DNA of 64,000 bases from Obrimoposthia wandeli (lineage: Eukaryota), in NCBI GenBank assembly GCA_977020255.1, contig CDROCS010002676.1:496001-560000 (forward strand), given 5' to 3'. Shown piece by piece: positions 40,906 through 56,840 of this stretch; position 1 is the stretch's first letter, and each line of letters begins with the position of its first letter. The notes beneath the pieces were generated by a model that searched no databases, had not been told where the DNA came from, and saw only the letters and a program-made list of their open reading frames with translations. The position numbers were made by a program, and so were the translations under genes.

Positions 40906-43900
40906 ATGGTAATTTATTAGTTAATCATAGATTTTAGAAAAAAACTTATTTTTAACAACAAAAAAATATCATAAAGTTCTAAAATCTCTAAAAAAATTTA
41001 TAAATGTTTCGTCTTTATAGAAAATTAAAAATATTCTATGCATTTAATTATTAGTTTTAAAAAAAACTATTTTACCGTTTTTCATATAAAAGCTTTGATA
41101 AATAAAATTCACTACGTTGTTTCGGAACAAAATTTGTTTATGTTTGTTTATAAGAATTCAGCGGAGTAACGTTTTCCCAGGGTCTAAGGAAAGCATTGGT
41201 CCTATTTAAAAGTACCTCATTAATGTACTTACAAGAAAACGTTTCGCACGGTCATAGAAAGAACTCAGTGAAATTTTAGTATATGATAAACATTATATAT
41301 TGCAATATTAAAAATGTAGTTTTAGCTGCTATTTATTTATAATAAAAAAGTTATATGTATTAAATTTTTATAAAATAAATTTTATGATTTGGTTTAATTG
41401 AAATTATTTAAATCCAAAAATTTAAGCGCACTAGTTGAAATAGTGTTGCGAATTTTAAAATTCAATAGGAATTTGGTAAGGTTTTATTTTAAACCAATAA
41501 CAATTTAATATTTCATCAAATTAATTTTTATTTGATATTTATTCATATAATCACGTTAGTGTTTCCATAATTTAATATATTTAAACACATTTATAAATTT
41601 ATCACATAAATATTTCTTTCGATAACTTTTTATATACTGAAAACTAGCATATAATGAAATTACTTTTATATGTAGAATTCATTTCATAATTTTTATACAA
41701 ATTGCAAACTCCTAATTTTTATGACACCTAAAGTACGTTTCCTTGTAAGAATAAAGAAGATTTAAAATATTTGCTTTCTTTGAAAGAAAATAATATCATT
41801 TACCTATTGTAAAAGCTTCAAAAGAATTGGAAAATATTTACCAGATAAGTGGACTTCAAGTACTTAAGTAAGCATTCAAAGATTTAAACCGAAACTTTTG
41901 TCTTGAAAATAAATTGTATCTTTTGTACTTTTTATACATATTTTTATTGAGCATTGAAGCTAGTGGAAATTTTACAAAATATAAAATTTTCCTTTCAAGT
42001 AGATGAAACAACTATTTATAATCAAGCTCTAATATTGACATATATAAGATTTATATATCAGAATGATATTAGGGAAGAGATGCTTTTTATTAGAAGTTTG
42101 CCTTACAATGCTTGCGATGACAATATTAAATGATATTTATAAATTATATGCTTATTTGTTTGATAAAGATAAATTGTTACGAATGTAACCATATTTTTAA
42201 AATTGAATTGATTGATTACTTTTCTTAGTATTTCTTATAAATTATTTGTGACATTTTTCAATCCTATTTCAAAAAAGGCGTACAAAACAATAGTTTGAAA
42301 CTCGTGTATTTCTCTTGTACAATTCGTGTACTGTTAGAAATAATACATGACTCAGCACTCACTTTTATTCTTACTTTAACATTCATTGTTAGTAAAACGA
42401 ACAATGGTAATTAATGAGTTAACGTCAAAGTAATCACATTAAGTAGATTTGTTTTCATTTTTAAATTTTAAAAATCAGTGAAATATTAAAAAAAAATCTT
42501 CTTGTCATAATGAATATTTTCAATAATGTTTTCGGGGAATTAATATTTTACTATTTTTACAATTTTTGAGTGTTGTGTTATACATATGAAGAAGTTAACT
42601 TGACTTGTCTGTCTACAATTAAAAATGTACTTTAAAATTATATAAAATTAAAAAATTAAATCCATAGGTTAGTTTTACCAGATTTTTAAAATCAAAAGAA
42701 ATTTGTTGTTATGGTTGATGGGGATGCATTTCTACAATATTTGCAGTAAATCAATTATTTATACTGTTATACTTTTTAACTCTATATATTTTTTTATTGA
42801 TGATCTTTGTTTTGATAGATAAAACAGTTTTCCTACTATCTTGACCTAGCAAAAGTAGAAATGTTTTTTTATATAAATTACATTTTCAACTTGTTTTCAG
42901 TGGAATAATATTAGAGAAATAAAGCAAGTACTTGACTCAACGAGTTGCACTTGACGAATTTTGATGCATTTTCCCCTCTTGTAGGTGCTAAGTACTGGTA
43001 CTTGGAATAATCTCTAATTTACATAATATAAGGGGTAGTTTTTCATTATTTATGCCATTATTTACAGTAAAACGATTAGTTAGAATGATCAGTCGATTAT
43101 TCAGCCGGTATTATTCACAACTAGATATATATATATATTGCTACGTTGTTGTAGAAATTGACATAGGCTCTTTTATGTCTTCCCTGATGTACTTATAACC
43201 CGCGATTCTGATAGCGCTGCTGGAACCTAGCAACAACTCATATAGAGCGAGATCAAAGCTACCGCAGCCGTCCATTAGGATTACGTCACTTTAGAAAACA
43301 CACAAACACAGAAAAACATAGAACTGCAGCAGTCCATCGAAATAAATTAAATCAAATCATAAAAGTCCTACCAGCATCAAAGCACAACACTTCACAAAAC
43401 ACAAATCTGCGTGTAAAACACTGAGATCCGTAAGGGATATCGTGCATGGATATAGTCAAATTTGCAACTGATAGAAAGCCTCTGAAAAAGGTGCCAAATC
43501 ACACACACACTTTAATTTTATTTTGAAACCGGTTTTTAACCTGTTATTTTACTGTCTTACAGTAAGATGATTCCACCGGATTAGCCCAGCTTAGAGGTCG
43601 TTTTGTAGGTAGGAGGGCAATGAACGTTGGATACGTACACAGATGAATCATCAATAACACTGTATCCAACAACTCTTGACTCAAAACGAAACCAAATACA
43701 ACAAAAAGAATGTAAAATATCATAATCAAACCAGTAAAGTATTTTGTAAAATTTATTTCATAATTGCAATTAGTTATTTTCATATAATAAGAAATTTCAG
43801 TTTAGAAAATATAATTTGAGCTATAAAGAAGTTGTTTAATTGTATTTTGACTTTTTTGATGTTTCTCTATTTAGAAATGAACAACGAAACCCGTTAGCAA

Positions 43901-46900
43901 TATTATATTTATGCATTAAGGGGCATCAGACTAATCAAATCATCTAGAGCGTATTTATGTGTTAAAGCGAATGATCAGAAGTACAAGGTATGTAACGTCA
44001 TCAACTTGTTCTCCAACTGAAAATCAGTACGATGTGTGGCTTTCTTCATTGAAGTCGCTGATATTTCCTCATTTGCATTAGATATTTAATTGATATTAAC
44101 CCCAGTACAAAAAATCCATTGAAGTTATATCGGGAGATCTGGAAGATCAAAAAACTACTTATTTGTAAAGATTTAACTTAATAGAGCTAAGAAATTTACC
44201 CCATATCCTTGAATCGTAAGTACCATTGTATCATCAATTTCTTCGTGATTTGACTTAACATACCCGTTAATTCTTCTGTTTATTTTTTAGATATTCAGTT
44301 CAATCTAATTTGACTCCAGAGACAGAATTTGGTGACCCATTTCAACTTATTTTTTATTGCAAGCATTAATTTTTATGCTTTCTATTCCTAGTCTGAATTT
44401 TAAATTTATCACTACGTATCTTTTCTAATTTTGAATCTAAAAAAAAACAGTTTATACATACAAAGTGAAAATTACAGATTTGTACCTTTAACGATATCGA
44501 AAAGGTAAATATTAAATATTTTAAATATAACAAAAACTTTTTAATCTAATTATTATTATAAAATTCAAATAATTTATCACTATTAATGTACTTATTTTAT
44601 TTCACTAACATATAACAGGAAGAACATAATTATAGGAAATATCATATATATGATATCGTTTAGATAAAGTAAGGAGTATAAAAAGTAATAAATTACAAAT
44701 TAACAATTCAATCTATAGAGCATTTATGAATGAAAGGATTTGAATCATATCATTACTATATACAATCAGCTGATGACGTAGTCAGTTATGAAGCATATAG
44801 CTGTGTGTGGAGGAAAATAGTTGGGGAAATTGTCCAGAGAAAGACAAATCAATTATGTAAATTCCAACCAATCCAGTCGTGATTTATCTGTCTATGGATG
44901 TAGTGCTTTCCGACTGACTGGCAGTTTTTGTTACAGAAGATGTGAAGATTTAAGTACCAACAGTAGCAGTAAAAGTTGGTGATTGATACACTACAGAATG
45001 ACGATAAACATAAGTTAGGTAACATATAAAATAATTCTGTGCTTCGAATTACTTCGACTGATGGCAGATCTAGCTGACCTAACAAAATACATTCAGTCGG
45101 CGCTATTTTCCACATAATTTATTTATTGAGATTCTCTGTTAATTATTCCATATCGTGATTAACAGTTATTAATTGGGGAGCTACTTTGATAATAATTATT
45201 ATTTTTACTTCGTCTTCCAAAAGAATAAAAGTGGTGTCCAAAGCGAGTGGAATTAAATTTACAGTGCTTAATAACAACATACTTTCACAAAACGTTACTA
45301 AAATGAATGTAAAAATACACGATACACGTATTTAATTTTATTTTTATATGGAAGAATTATTTTCGACTGAAAATTTAATCAAATTACAAATTTGAACATT
45401 TAGGTCAGTTTTATTTTGAACGTCCCAACAGTATATTTAGCTAAATGATATTTTTCAAAAGAGATTTAGATTTAAACACAAAAAACAATCTGATGAAAGA
45501 AGTGTTAGTATAATGAGAATGCGTTCTTTTATGAAAGTTGGTATACAATTTGACTGTGGAACGAGTTTCCTTGAGAATATAATTTTTAGAAGCCGTCGGA
45601 CACAACAGAACTAGAAGAGTAGTTAATGAGAAGCTCGAGAGCAGCTAACATAAGAGCATGGTCATTTATTTCTGGAGAATTCGTAAGGGATACTTGTTAG
45701 AGCAGATGGGCTACCGCGTGCGGAGGGGTCTCTAGGGGAGATGTGTAGCAAGGAGGAGAAATACAAGGATAATTTCTTCCGCCGGTGCATAGCAACTGAG
45801 ACCCAGATGCTTGAGCACGATATGTGACTGACCTTTGCCGAAAATCTGCTCTAACACTTCACTCTGGAACTGTTTTAACTCTCGACTTAAAGAGTATCAT
45901 AAACAGCGACAACAGAAGGAGTAACGACTTCATAATAACATTGAAATAGGACAATACTATTTAGAATGGTGGAATTTCCTTTGAAACATACTGATAAGAT
46001 ATTTTCACAAAATCTCTCTAGATATTGATACACTGAATAAACTAAAACTTTTCTAACTAAATTTCTCAGTACACAAATGTAACATTTGCAAGATTAAGGA
46101 CCAAACTTCCGATACAAACTTCCATTTTCTGACATTATAAAAGATGGTGTTGTCGTAGTTTGTGCTAAGAAAGTGTAATAAATAATAAATTTTCAGTCAC
46201 TCTCGTGTGAAAGTAAAAAGTAGCCTATTTCTCAAAGAAATATTATTAAAATCACTTTCTATCTTCACACTCTAATGACTCATGTCTTTTGAACTAACAT
46301 TTGCGAATAAAGAAATTAAAATGAAATTACTTATAGTGCAAATTAGTGAAAAGAAAATCAGAAAAATTAAAAGTACAATTAAAGCTCTCTTAACATTAAA
46401 ACTTTTGTTTCTTTCTCATTTTCCGTTTTCGCTTTGCAAGTGAAAATGACTTATTCAAAGAAATCTGTTTCAATTTGCTGAAATTTTTCTTCATTATCGA
46501 TATCTGCTGAAACTTTTAATTTTAATAGAAAACATATAAAATGTATCGAGATTTATTAAAAATACGAATTTACCATTACATATTCTGGTAATAAATTAAA
46601 GACCCACAAAAATATGTATTATTCCATAATGATATTAAATTTCCTTAATTTCAACATCAGGAAAAATGTATTATAGAAACATTCTAAATTATTTTATGGA
46701 AATTGAAAATAGTTTTAATGAATTTGTTAAGTTCGCAAAAAAGATACTTACAAGACACATTACAAGAAAAGCTATCAAAATGAAAAACAGAAATCTTGTT
46801 CATATTTACTAAATGTTCACAAAAACAGCTGTCAGGACCAATTTTAAAATATTAGTCTCCAAAAACATTAAAAGATATATATAGAAAAAAAAAAAATCTG

Positions 46901-47542
46901 AATTGATGTAAAGCAAATTTGAAAATATGTAAAACCTCTCGAAATTTGCCGAGGTTGAAATAATTATGTTAGATGGTTAAAATGAAGTCATAGAAACAAA
47001 AATCACGTGTTGGGAACAAAATCAATTCATTTCAATTAAACAGAAATGCCCACAATCTGGGAGGGACGTTATTTTCAACCTCCGACAACGGAAAACCCGT
47101 TTCGTTCTGACATGGGATCTTCACGGAGGTGGCTTTATCTCCGACTTTGCAAAGTCCGATATAAGAAATTATTCAGGGATGAATGAGATACGAGATATAC
47201 CTCGTAAAAGTGCCACCCAGGAATTTACACCAGCCAGTCTCCCCCTCCATCCTGCAACATTCACATTCCACTCGTCCTAACCGTTGATGTTGCGATATTG
47301 GCTGTGGATGGGCGCTTTGTTGGGGAGCCGAAGTAGTTTCCGAAGCTTTTTCGGTTTTTATTCAGCAATTTCCTCCAACGGGACTCTCTTAGAAATACTT
47401 TTTAGATAAAATTAATGAATATTTTCCATGTTGTTACGATTTTAAATTAGACAAAAAATTAATAAGTATAATATTTTTAAATTTTATAAATGAGTAAATT
47501 TAATATATAACAAAACCTGTGATTTATGTTTTCGTTAATTTC

Positions 47543-48072
47543 CTGCAGTGTGTTATTAAAGTCTAGTATGGAGTTTTCTCGTTTCTCACATTAATTAAAT
47601 TGAGACAATTTTGTTATTTTTAGCAATTATAATAATCGTAGGAACAGGAAAAAGATCGAATTGATTCTTTTAAGCAAAAATGTCATTCAAATCAAAAAAT
47701 TAGTTGACGACTTCGTGGATCTTATCATGTTATTGACAATTACATCAAGGTGAAAATTACCATATTCATCCACGTATAACACCTATAAACTGTTTTTGTA
47801 GAAAAAATCAATCGCTCTTGCGTATGAAGTGAAATGAAAATAACTTTTTCAAAATGTTACATTTTTATTTGTATTCGTTTTTGATTTTATCATATTATTT
47901 CAAAGTTTAGTTGAAAAAGAACTAGCGTCATTTATTTCCATTTTCAATCATTTTAAACGTTTGCTGTTTTACTAAAACTGTCTCTTTGATATTTAAAAGA
48001 TAATTTATAATATTGTTGTAAACTGCAGTGTGTTATTAAAGTCTAGTATGGAGTTTTCTCGTTTCTCACATT
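47543..48072. repeat. Perfect 50-bp direct repeat (47543-47592 and 48023-48072)
   Basis: CTGCAGTGTGTTATTAAAGTCTAGTATGGAGTTTTCTCGTTTCTCACATT occurs twice, 480 bp apart. Confidence 0.9.
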
Positions 48073-48335
48073 CATATTTTCTCGTTTTGCCAAACGATTC
48101 TAAAGTTTTATATTTTATGAAAATAAGTTGCAATTAAAAATATATATGTATATATACAATGTGTTCAGATATCGGATCGAACTTTGTTTTTAACACTAAT
48201 GATTTAATAATTCAATTAAGATTAAAACAAAGCGCCAATAATTCAATATTAAGTTTAAAAATCCAATTCAGCACTTTAATCCTAGAGAATCATCTAACTT
48301 CAATGTGCAAAGCAAATATTCATACTTAGTCTCCA

Positions 48336-48370
<35 letters not shown>

Positions 48371-51300
48371 AGAATACGTGTGTTCATGTCTTGACTTGAT
48401 GTAATTTACTATACTCACAACTTGGTTTAATACATATTTCATTGATGCTGCTTTTGTTAATAGGGACTATGTAAAACAATGCACATATTTGATATTACGT
48501 TTTTTCAAGGGTAACAAATCCTTTAATAGTACTTTTCATTGGTGGAGCACCATCTGTACACATTCTTGCGCATAGCTCTTTTAATATTATTTTTTTTCAA
48601 AATATGTTGTCACAGAATTAAAAATCCCTTGCCGTGTTGTTTTTTCAGCAAGTTCTCTACATAATAAAGACTGATTAACTATTTATCTTTCAATAATAAA
48701 CAAAGAATAGCTTGAAAAGTTTATCGGTCACTTTTTCCTCATTATTATCTGAAATGTCTTTAATCATTTTTTTATCATCAGAGAGAAGAAATTTATAAAC
48801 TTATTTTTTGCATCATTGCTAAACATCATTTTATGGCAACATGCTGGCAATACAAGACAATGTAAAGTGGTGCCCCGTCATATGATGCAAAATGATTCTT
48901 CTCGGAAATTTTAAGTTTATTTTAATGTTATATATTATATCCATCAATCTTTTGAAATAATTTATGTTTTTTCAAGGAAGAGTGTCGTGCTTTGGCCTTC
49001 TTTCTCATCTCTCTATGTAAATTCAAAACTTAGATATTCGTTTAAATATTAAAAAAAAACTTTGTCTTTCGGTAGTGCATTATATAATTTTGTATCAATG
49101 GCACTTCTACTAGTACTTGCTCAACCATTAATATTTGGCTGAGAATTGTATTTTCAATTTAGAAGTTTGTCCATTATAGGATCGTAAAATTAAAATATTA
49201 AAAATATAACACATATTTATAAATATTGATTTTTGTTATATACATATGAAATATAAATATGTATTATCCTAAGGAAATAAACTATAATTTCTAATAAATT
49301 AAATTATTTGAAAGAAATAAATTATTACAACAAATTTGAAATCCTCTGCATTTATAAAAGGTTATTTTAAAGAAAAGTAAAATTAAAGGTTTCAAAAAAA
49401 TTGCACTTTTAAAAGAATAAATCGTTGAAATATGAATGAAATTAACATTTCAAAAATTATTATAATTAAATTATTAAAAGAATATGCACGATGTATTTTA
49501 TCAAAAAAAAGAAGTATACAAAATGTACAAGGTTATGAATATTTTAAAATTTAAATATTTAAATTACATCTTTTATAAAATGATTAATTAAAACAAATTC
49601 TGTATTTTTTGTGAGAAAGTTTGAAATAATATTTGTTATTTTATATAATCATTATTATTTATCAAAAATTATTTTTTAAAATAAACTTTTATCATTCAAT
49701 AAAAAATAATTTTATTTTTATAAACCTACTTAAATTTTTTTCGATCTAATGCAGATATTATCAGTAACATTAGTTGGAATTAAAACAAGATTTGTGTACA
49801 CCTCTGAACATCCATGTTTATCAATTAAATTTTTCATTAAATTTTTTATTTAATAAAATAAAGAATTTAAAGATATGTATTTTTCAATTACATTAAAGTT
49901 CCATTTACAATGCCAGCCTAATGATATACTGTAATATTGCACAGGTCAACAACCAAATAAAAGCAAAAAATGAGTTTTATATATATATTAACACGCTGAT
50001 TTAAAAACTGTTCTAGAACGTCGAATTTTTCGTTACTTTAAGGTTATTTAATTTTAAAATTATTGTTTTTATTTTCAGGTAAAACACATTTTAAATTGTT
50101 AAAAGAAGTAAATTATTATTTATCGATAGATGTCATTATTCATTATCAATGTAAACAGCTTCCTGATAGTCTTTTTGTTATACATGACGTCATTTCACAA
50201 AACGCAAGATAACAACAGATATCAAAAATCATTTACAAATAATATTTCAATTGTACATTAGCATATTAGTATATAGTATGTAATTCGTGTAGCTAATATT
50301 ACTATGTTTAATGGAGTAGAGAATTTACTATATGCTTATAAAATAAGGGCTGAAGGATAATGTTTAATATGTATGTCGTATAATGTAAAATTAATTATAA
50401 TTGTTATGAATTAATCGATGTTTTATGAAATGTGAAAGTTGGCTTGAAAGTTTAAATTTTTTGTTAATATTTTTAAATAATATTGGTTGCTTCCTGATTC
50501 AATAAAGTTATGCCAACTGTTGGAGATAGTTTGTATTTGTAGAAATGTAGATAAGTGGGCCGAGAAAAACGTTAACACAGCTCTGAAAGCTACCAAAAAA
50601 TCAGTTTTACAACAAGATCTTGGCTGATTTTGTGGACAGAAATTTGGGGTTGCTTTAGAAGACGTTCCAAAGGATACTGAATTGGCTAAATCACTTAAAT
50701 GCGACAAATGCGGTAAGTTTCTGAGGACTACCGATTCTGTAACTTTTATGTAAGTAAAACTGATAACTCTATCGTTCTGTGGGGAACAGCCCCAAAAATG
50801 TCCTAAATAGGTTCACCCGCCTGTATTCCTTTTTCTCCTGAGGACTCCCAGAGTGATGGTATAGTATGGAGTGTTGGTAGTATATCGTCTCTGGGAGGTA
50901 TTGCATCCAAGATGAAAAGCACGTAGCAGTGGCTGTAGAAAGGAGATTGTGAAGGCTAGAAATACGGGTACCAGCGGAAACTATACAGCTGACCTTTAGG
51001 GGAAAGACTTGACGAACAAGTGAGATGTCTACATATTAAGCCGCTACAGTACTGCAAAGGATACAGAAAGTCAATAAAGGTTTTAGATGATTTGAGTTGC
51101 GAAGAACTAAAGTCAGTAGTAAATCATTGTTTCACAAACAAAGTAAAATAAATTTTAAACATACAACTGAATCAGCAGGTATGCATGTTTTGGGAGATTC
51201 AAAGGCCAATTACACCACACGACAGTCAAACAGTTGCAGGACAAAAGTTGATGGAACGAGCACTCGAGACAGTATTGAGATAGATGGGCGGCATGTGGTA

Positions 51301-54300
51301 TAAATTCTGTGGACATGAATGAATTTTTTGATTTTACAAAATGAATATTTTAAACTGGTCGAAAGAAGAATCATTGTTTATATTTTTATCTAATTGACCC
51401 AAATTTTGATAATGATCAGTTTAAACTATAAATAAATCAGAACTTTGATTATGTATAAGAAGAAAATTATTTAAAAATTGAAGTGAATCCCAGTCTTGTT
51501 TTGAGAGACGGCTTTAATTATGTGATTGGTACACATTTAGGAGCAAAATAGAATATTCCAATACGGATGGTTGGTTTCTATGTAGCTGTTGATGTAAAAG
51601 TACAACACCTGCAATTTAGATAAAGCTAATATGTTTTTTTTAAATATTCAATATTTGTGTTAATTTAATAAATGTATTGAAATTAATGTTTATCTTGAGT
51701 TTAGTTATTTTTCTCTAAAAATATATAAGTCTGACCTACATGTTCTTGTCATAAAAACGATTGGAATATTTTTGATGATATACATTCAGATATTTTAAAT
51801 ATTATCATAAAAATAGACAAACGTTAATGTTAAGATTATACACACAAAGATAAATGTTCACTGCAGACCCACAAACACGAAATTATACTCCAGACATATA
51901 TGCACGATTTTAATAGACATATGCTTGCCTATCCCACTCTCCGTAAGGGGCAAGGAAAGGGATTAAATTAGGCTGGATATAACATAGTCATATTTTATTC
52001 TGTGACAATTCTACCTGTGAAAACATCAGTGTCTTCATCGAGATTGTTGTTTAGATTGACAGAGAAAGGGTAAAAAACAACTGAAATGAGTAAATGAGTA
52101 AAATGAGTAAAATCTATGTAATGAATAAAAACAACTAAAGATTCTAACAATTTATTATTTGAATTTCTGCACACACAAAACATTTACATATTAAAACAAC
52201 TGACACTAAACGTCGAATTGCATATTTTACGACAATATTCAATATTTTGTGGAATGGTGTGAATTGAACCAATGCTTACACCTAGTCAAGATACACAATT
52301 TTTGGTCGTTATCTTAGTATCATCTTCAATCAGTCGCTTCACAACGTCCCTAATATTTCATGAGGATGCTGAGAATCACCATTTGTCGAGTTTCTTCAAT
52401 ACTTAACCAACCGACTTCACTTCTGAATTTTCCAATGCAAGAATTCAATCTCAACATACGCCATCTTCAGCTTATCTATTGTCTCAAACATAGAATTTCT
52501 AAATTTCCCGTAAAAACGTTATAACTACTTTAATGAACTAAAAATTAACGAAACTCGATTATTGATTTCAAGTATTAATATTTTGGGTATACTCATGACT
52601 TGTTTTTAATATCATATGAAAAATAGCAAAGTCAACTGAAGGAGGGTTGAGTTAAATCCAAAAGAATTTCAGCACGAACTTTCTGAATACTCTAGTTAGT
52701 ATTCAAAATACATACAACAACTATCTGGACATCTATAATTACTCAGGTCCTTTTTGTCAAAAACAAATGAGGCAGAAGGACAGAGTTGTTATGTGAATAA
52801 TAATCACATCCTGTCAAAACAAATTGGATGATTATTTAGTATTTTTGTAAAATTTTAAACATATAACATAAAATTATGCACATATTATTTACGGAATGAA
52901 TTTAAATGAATTTAAAATTTCGTTTAATAGGTAATATTAAAAATACAGCTATGTTTTCCTTCGTAGTCATAATTCAAAAGAGTCAGATTCTACAAACTGA
53001 AGATTTATTCATTTAACTTCGAGCACAAAAATGCACAAAACAGTAACTACGAATCTGAATATAAGTTACTAAAACTCAGTGAAAGGCAATTTTAAATATT
53101 TCTCAAATACAATATCCTCTCCAACGGGGTCTGAGGAATATACATATGGATGACATATATAATTATCTTTAGATATAGACAATACTTCTTCTAATTTTGC
53201 AAATCTCTCTGTGCACACATCTATACAGAAGAATGGAAGGATAAATTTGTGTTGAGGTGTTTCAATTCAACATCCGCTCAGTAACTCGCATACGCACAAG
53301 TCACTCTCACTTCCCTTTCATTTGATAGTTGACTGTTATTTCAGATTGTAGTATGTCTAACCAGAAAGATTTGTCTTCCTATCGACTCTTCTGTGCCTGA
53401 TTTAGATATCGAACTGACTGAATCTGAAACAACTCACATTTGAAAATTTGAGAGTCTGCCTTACTTAATAATGATACTGTTCATCGATTCAATTCTCTAG
53501 CGAAGATTCTCCAGTCAGATTGATCGTCTTAATTACAATTCTCTGTTTCTTTCCACCTCGCCACACCTTGGGATATTTCTCTTCTCTATTCCCTTTTCTG
53601 TTTGTCCCATTCTTATTTTATGTCACAGTGATCTTTGAGGTTTGTATCACAGCAGACATAGCCTCTGACACTCTAAATGAAAGTCGACAACGACACAAAG
53701 AGAACAAGAAAGAAGAAGGTGTCGATGACAGCGACATAGAGAGGAGTTTAAGTAGAACTGAGATTTTTCTGTTGTGCGACATAGAGAGGGGACAACGTAC
53801 ACAACATTCTAGCGACTGGAAATTTGATTTGGCTCTTTTTGACCGGCTTTAAATTGCGATTTTCTTCGACACAACTGGATGTACGAATCGATTAATAAAA
53901 CAATGCTATTTAGACTTAAGACAGTTTGTATATTTCAACAATTACAACTTTTTAAATCCCATTTTGTCAGAAGAAAATCTACTTAATTGCACTAAAATGA
54001 GACTAAGAGTCGAGTAAATTGATGCAATTTTAATGATCGTAATTAGTGCTTCGCAAGTTATATTATAATATAAAAAGTTTCATTTCAAAATACATTGAAT
54101 AATTTCACAATATACAATTAATATTAAATTCAAATTTTCACATTTTGAATATTTATAAAATAAAGTTTTATCAAATGAGGTGATAATTGTAAATAGCAAC
54201 GATTTATATATTATTCGAAAGATTACAAAAACTTAAGGCGACAAAAAACTTGTTCTGTCGAAAAAAAGCAGGAGTTCCGCAAGCCGAAATTTAATGAAAT

Positions 54301-55499
54301 ATAAATTTACAAAAATTGGCCTTAACGTTACTCACCTCTATCTACCAGGGCATAGGTCCACTATAACTACTTAATAAATACTTCATTAGTCTAACTTAAT
54401 TTATTTTATTCATTTTTCAATATAAATAAGTTTCATTTTTATTCTTCACTTTATGGTTTTAAGTATATTTTTAAAATAATACCATAGACTTCCGCGGCCA
54501 AAATCGTTTGGTAACCCCTGAACTATGGTATTATAATGGATAATTAATATAATTTATTAAAATCCTTTAGCAGTCTATTAATGTAAAAATTTAGGCATCA
54601 ATAAACAGAACAGAAAATTAGGTTCTTTCTTTTTTCTGCACCGGTCAAAACTGATATAAATGATTTTTTTTTCTGTAAACATTTTGGGTTTTTTGGACTA
54701 ATCACAAATCTGATATTTATATTCTCAGATATCAGTTAGTTTATTAGAGTTTTACAAAGTTAATAAATAACATTTAGTTTTCTTTTTCATTTATATTGTT
54801 GTTTGAAAGTGTAAATTAATTATTCTTATAACTTTTGACTTTCAAACCATAATAAATATGTATCATTTTAGAATAAACTAATCATTTTAGAATAATTTCT
54901 TAAACGCATGGCTAAAATGACACTGTCAATCATACTTTAGCGTCTCAGGTGTGTAGCATTTGTTCTGACCAATATTTCACTTTTTACGCCAAAGGGCTCT
55001 ATTTTTGTAACCCATTAAACACATAATTATCATATAATTAATCAAAATTTAAATATTATTTTAAGACTTTCAATAATTCCGTTGTTAAATGAGATGACTT
55101 GAAAAAAAACATTGCTACCTGTCCCCTAGAGTAGACGTCTGACGCAAGAATTTACGAAGTACATCATTTTTCAGAGAAATTCTCCCGGATACGTCCGTTT
55201 TTGGGGAATTCGGTTGACGCAAGGAGTAGACGTTCGATGGATAGGTGTCTTTAGTAGATGGATCCGGGGCGAACCAGTGTCTTTTAAAACCGTGCATTTG
55301 GGTGTATAAAAGTCTATGCATGTACTGAGACATATACATTTTTTCAACTGCACAAGATCAGTTTACTGGCGGTGGATGGTACAGTGGTCAAGGTGGCGAA
55401 CTGAAATTCAAAAATTAAGCGCATAGGATACTTGAATTCCATCAAGAGCGATTGTAATATTTTTAATTTCATAACACATGTTTAAGTTGTTGGAGTTTC

Positions 55500-56270
55500 C
55501 TTCGACACTACCTGCAGTACTACAGGCAACGTAAACGGAAGCGTAAGAATATTAAAATAACTATTAAGCCAACATGTTTTTGAATTAAAATGCCGGCACC
55601 ATATCCTTGAATTAATCATAGCAGCGGTGTTTGAAACTTAAAATGGGGTAAGTTCGCATCCAACAATTAAAAGTTTTGAAATGGTAAATAAGGTTAAGAA
55701 ACTTTACATTGAAAATCGTGATAATTACATTTCCATGCATACAATAAGAAATTAGATTAATGGAACAAAGTTAGAAGAAACAGATTGTTTTAAAAGCAGC
55801 CGAGATGATTATAAAGAGAGTTGAAAATTAATGATTCATATTATTGTTGGGGAACCAATAAAATGATTAAAGCCAGGGTCTGTTTCAAGTGCTAGATGTA
55901 TGGCTAACATTTTGTACAGTGCAAAAGCATATATTTTAAGCATTGATAAAAGTAAAAAATAAAAAAACATTTTATTATTTATAATATATGGTTACCGTCA
56001 TTTTGGATAGATGCTGGAAACATTGAACGAGCTCGACTAATGATATGTTATTGAAAAATAATTGGTCTAAATTAAGTTCAATAAATGATTGGCAAAGTAA
56101 AATATATAAAGCAGCCAGTGAGAAATTTTTCAGACATGAAAGTTACCAAAATATAGATAAAACTATTATTAATAAAGCTCCTGTTGTGAATGATCCAGCT
56201 GAACGTACACTATCGAAGTTCAAAAAGTCTGCATGAGATCGAAACAAGAAGACATTAGACAAAAGCTTGT
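55500..56270 (+). pseudogene. Degraded DNA-transposase remnant (PGxxxxARWM / VVNDxAER family)
   Basis: PGSVSSARCMANILYSAKAYIL (~55873-55940) and APVVNDPAERTL (~56175-56215). Superfamily not firmly assigned. Confidence 0.55.
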
Positions 56271-56840
56271 TGGTATTAATTATAATTGAAATCATATATC
56301 TTTAATTTTTTTTCTTATATTTATTTAAACAAAACTATAATTTGACATATTAACTTACTTTTTTGAAGTGCAACTGAACTACAATTTATTTGATTAAATT
56401 AATTATAAAATCTTTATTGTTATGTAATTATGTAATAGTCCTTTGCTAAGGCTAATATAAATTCTCTTATTTTGATTTTTATTAGATACCCATTGACACC
56501 TTTTATGAATATTATGAACATTACAGCTTACAATGCACAAGTTTATTTCTAAGGTAATTTAATTTTAAATTTAAACATAATTTACTTGTAGTCATCATCT
56601 ACATGTGCAATATTTGTGTTGCAAGTGTTAATATAATTTGATTATCATTGTCAAGTTCAGTCTATTGTATATTTTCTTGTAAGTTTTTATAAACAAATAT
56701 ATGTTAATTTATTTTAGAAAATGCTTGTTGATTATATAATTAATTATAGAACTGTTAATACTGTTTTAGTTAAACGAAAAGTAGAATATACTAGAATTAG
56801 TGTTTTATAATAGAAATATAAACACGAGAGCGTAAGATTA

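Noticed and set aside
47040-47280. GC-richer stretch open for ~79 codons after an AG, a possible host exon
   Set aside because: No recognisable protein motif and no supporting neighbouring exons.
50550-50750. Exon-like segment with an in-frame TGA near Cys (DLG*FCG), possible selenoprotein
   Set aside because: No known Sec motif or SECIS and no gene context.
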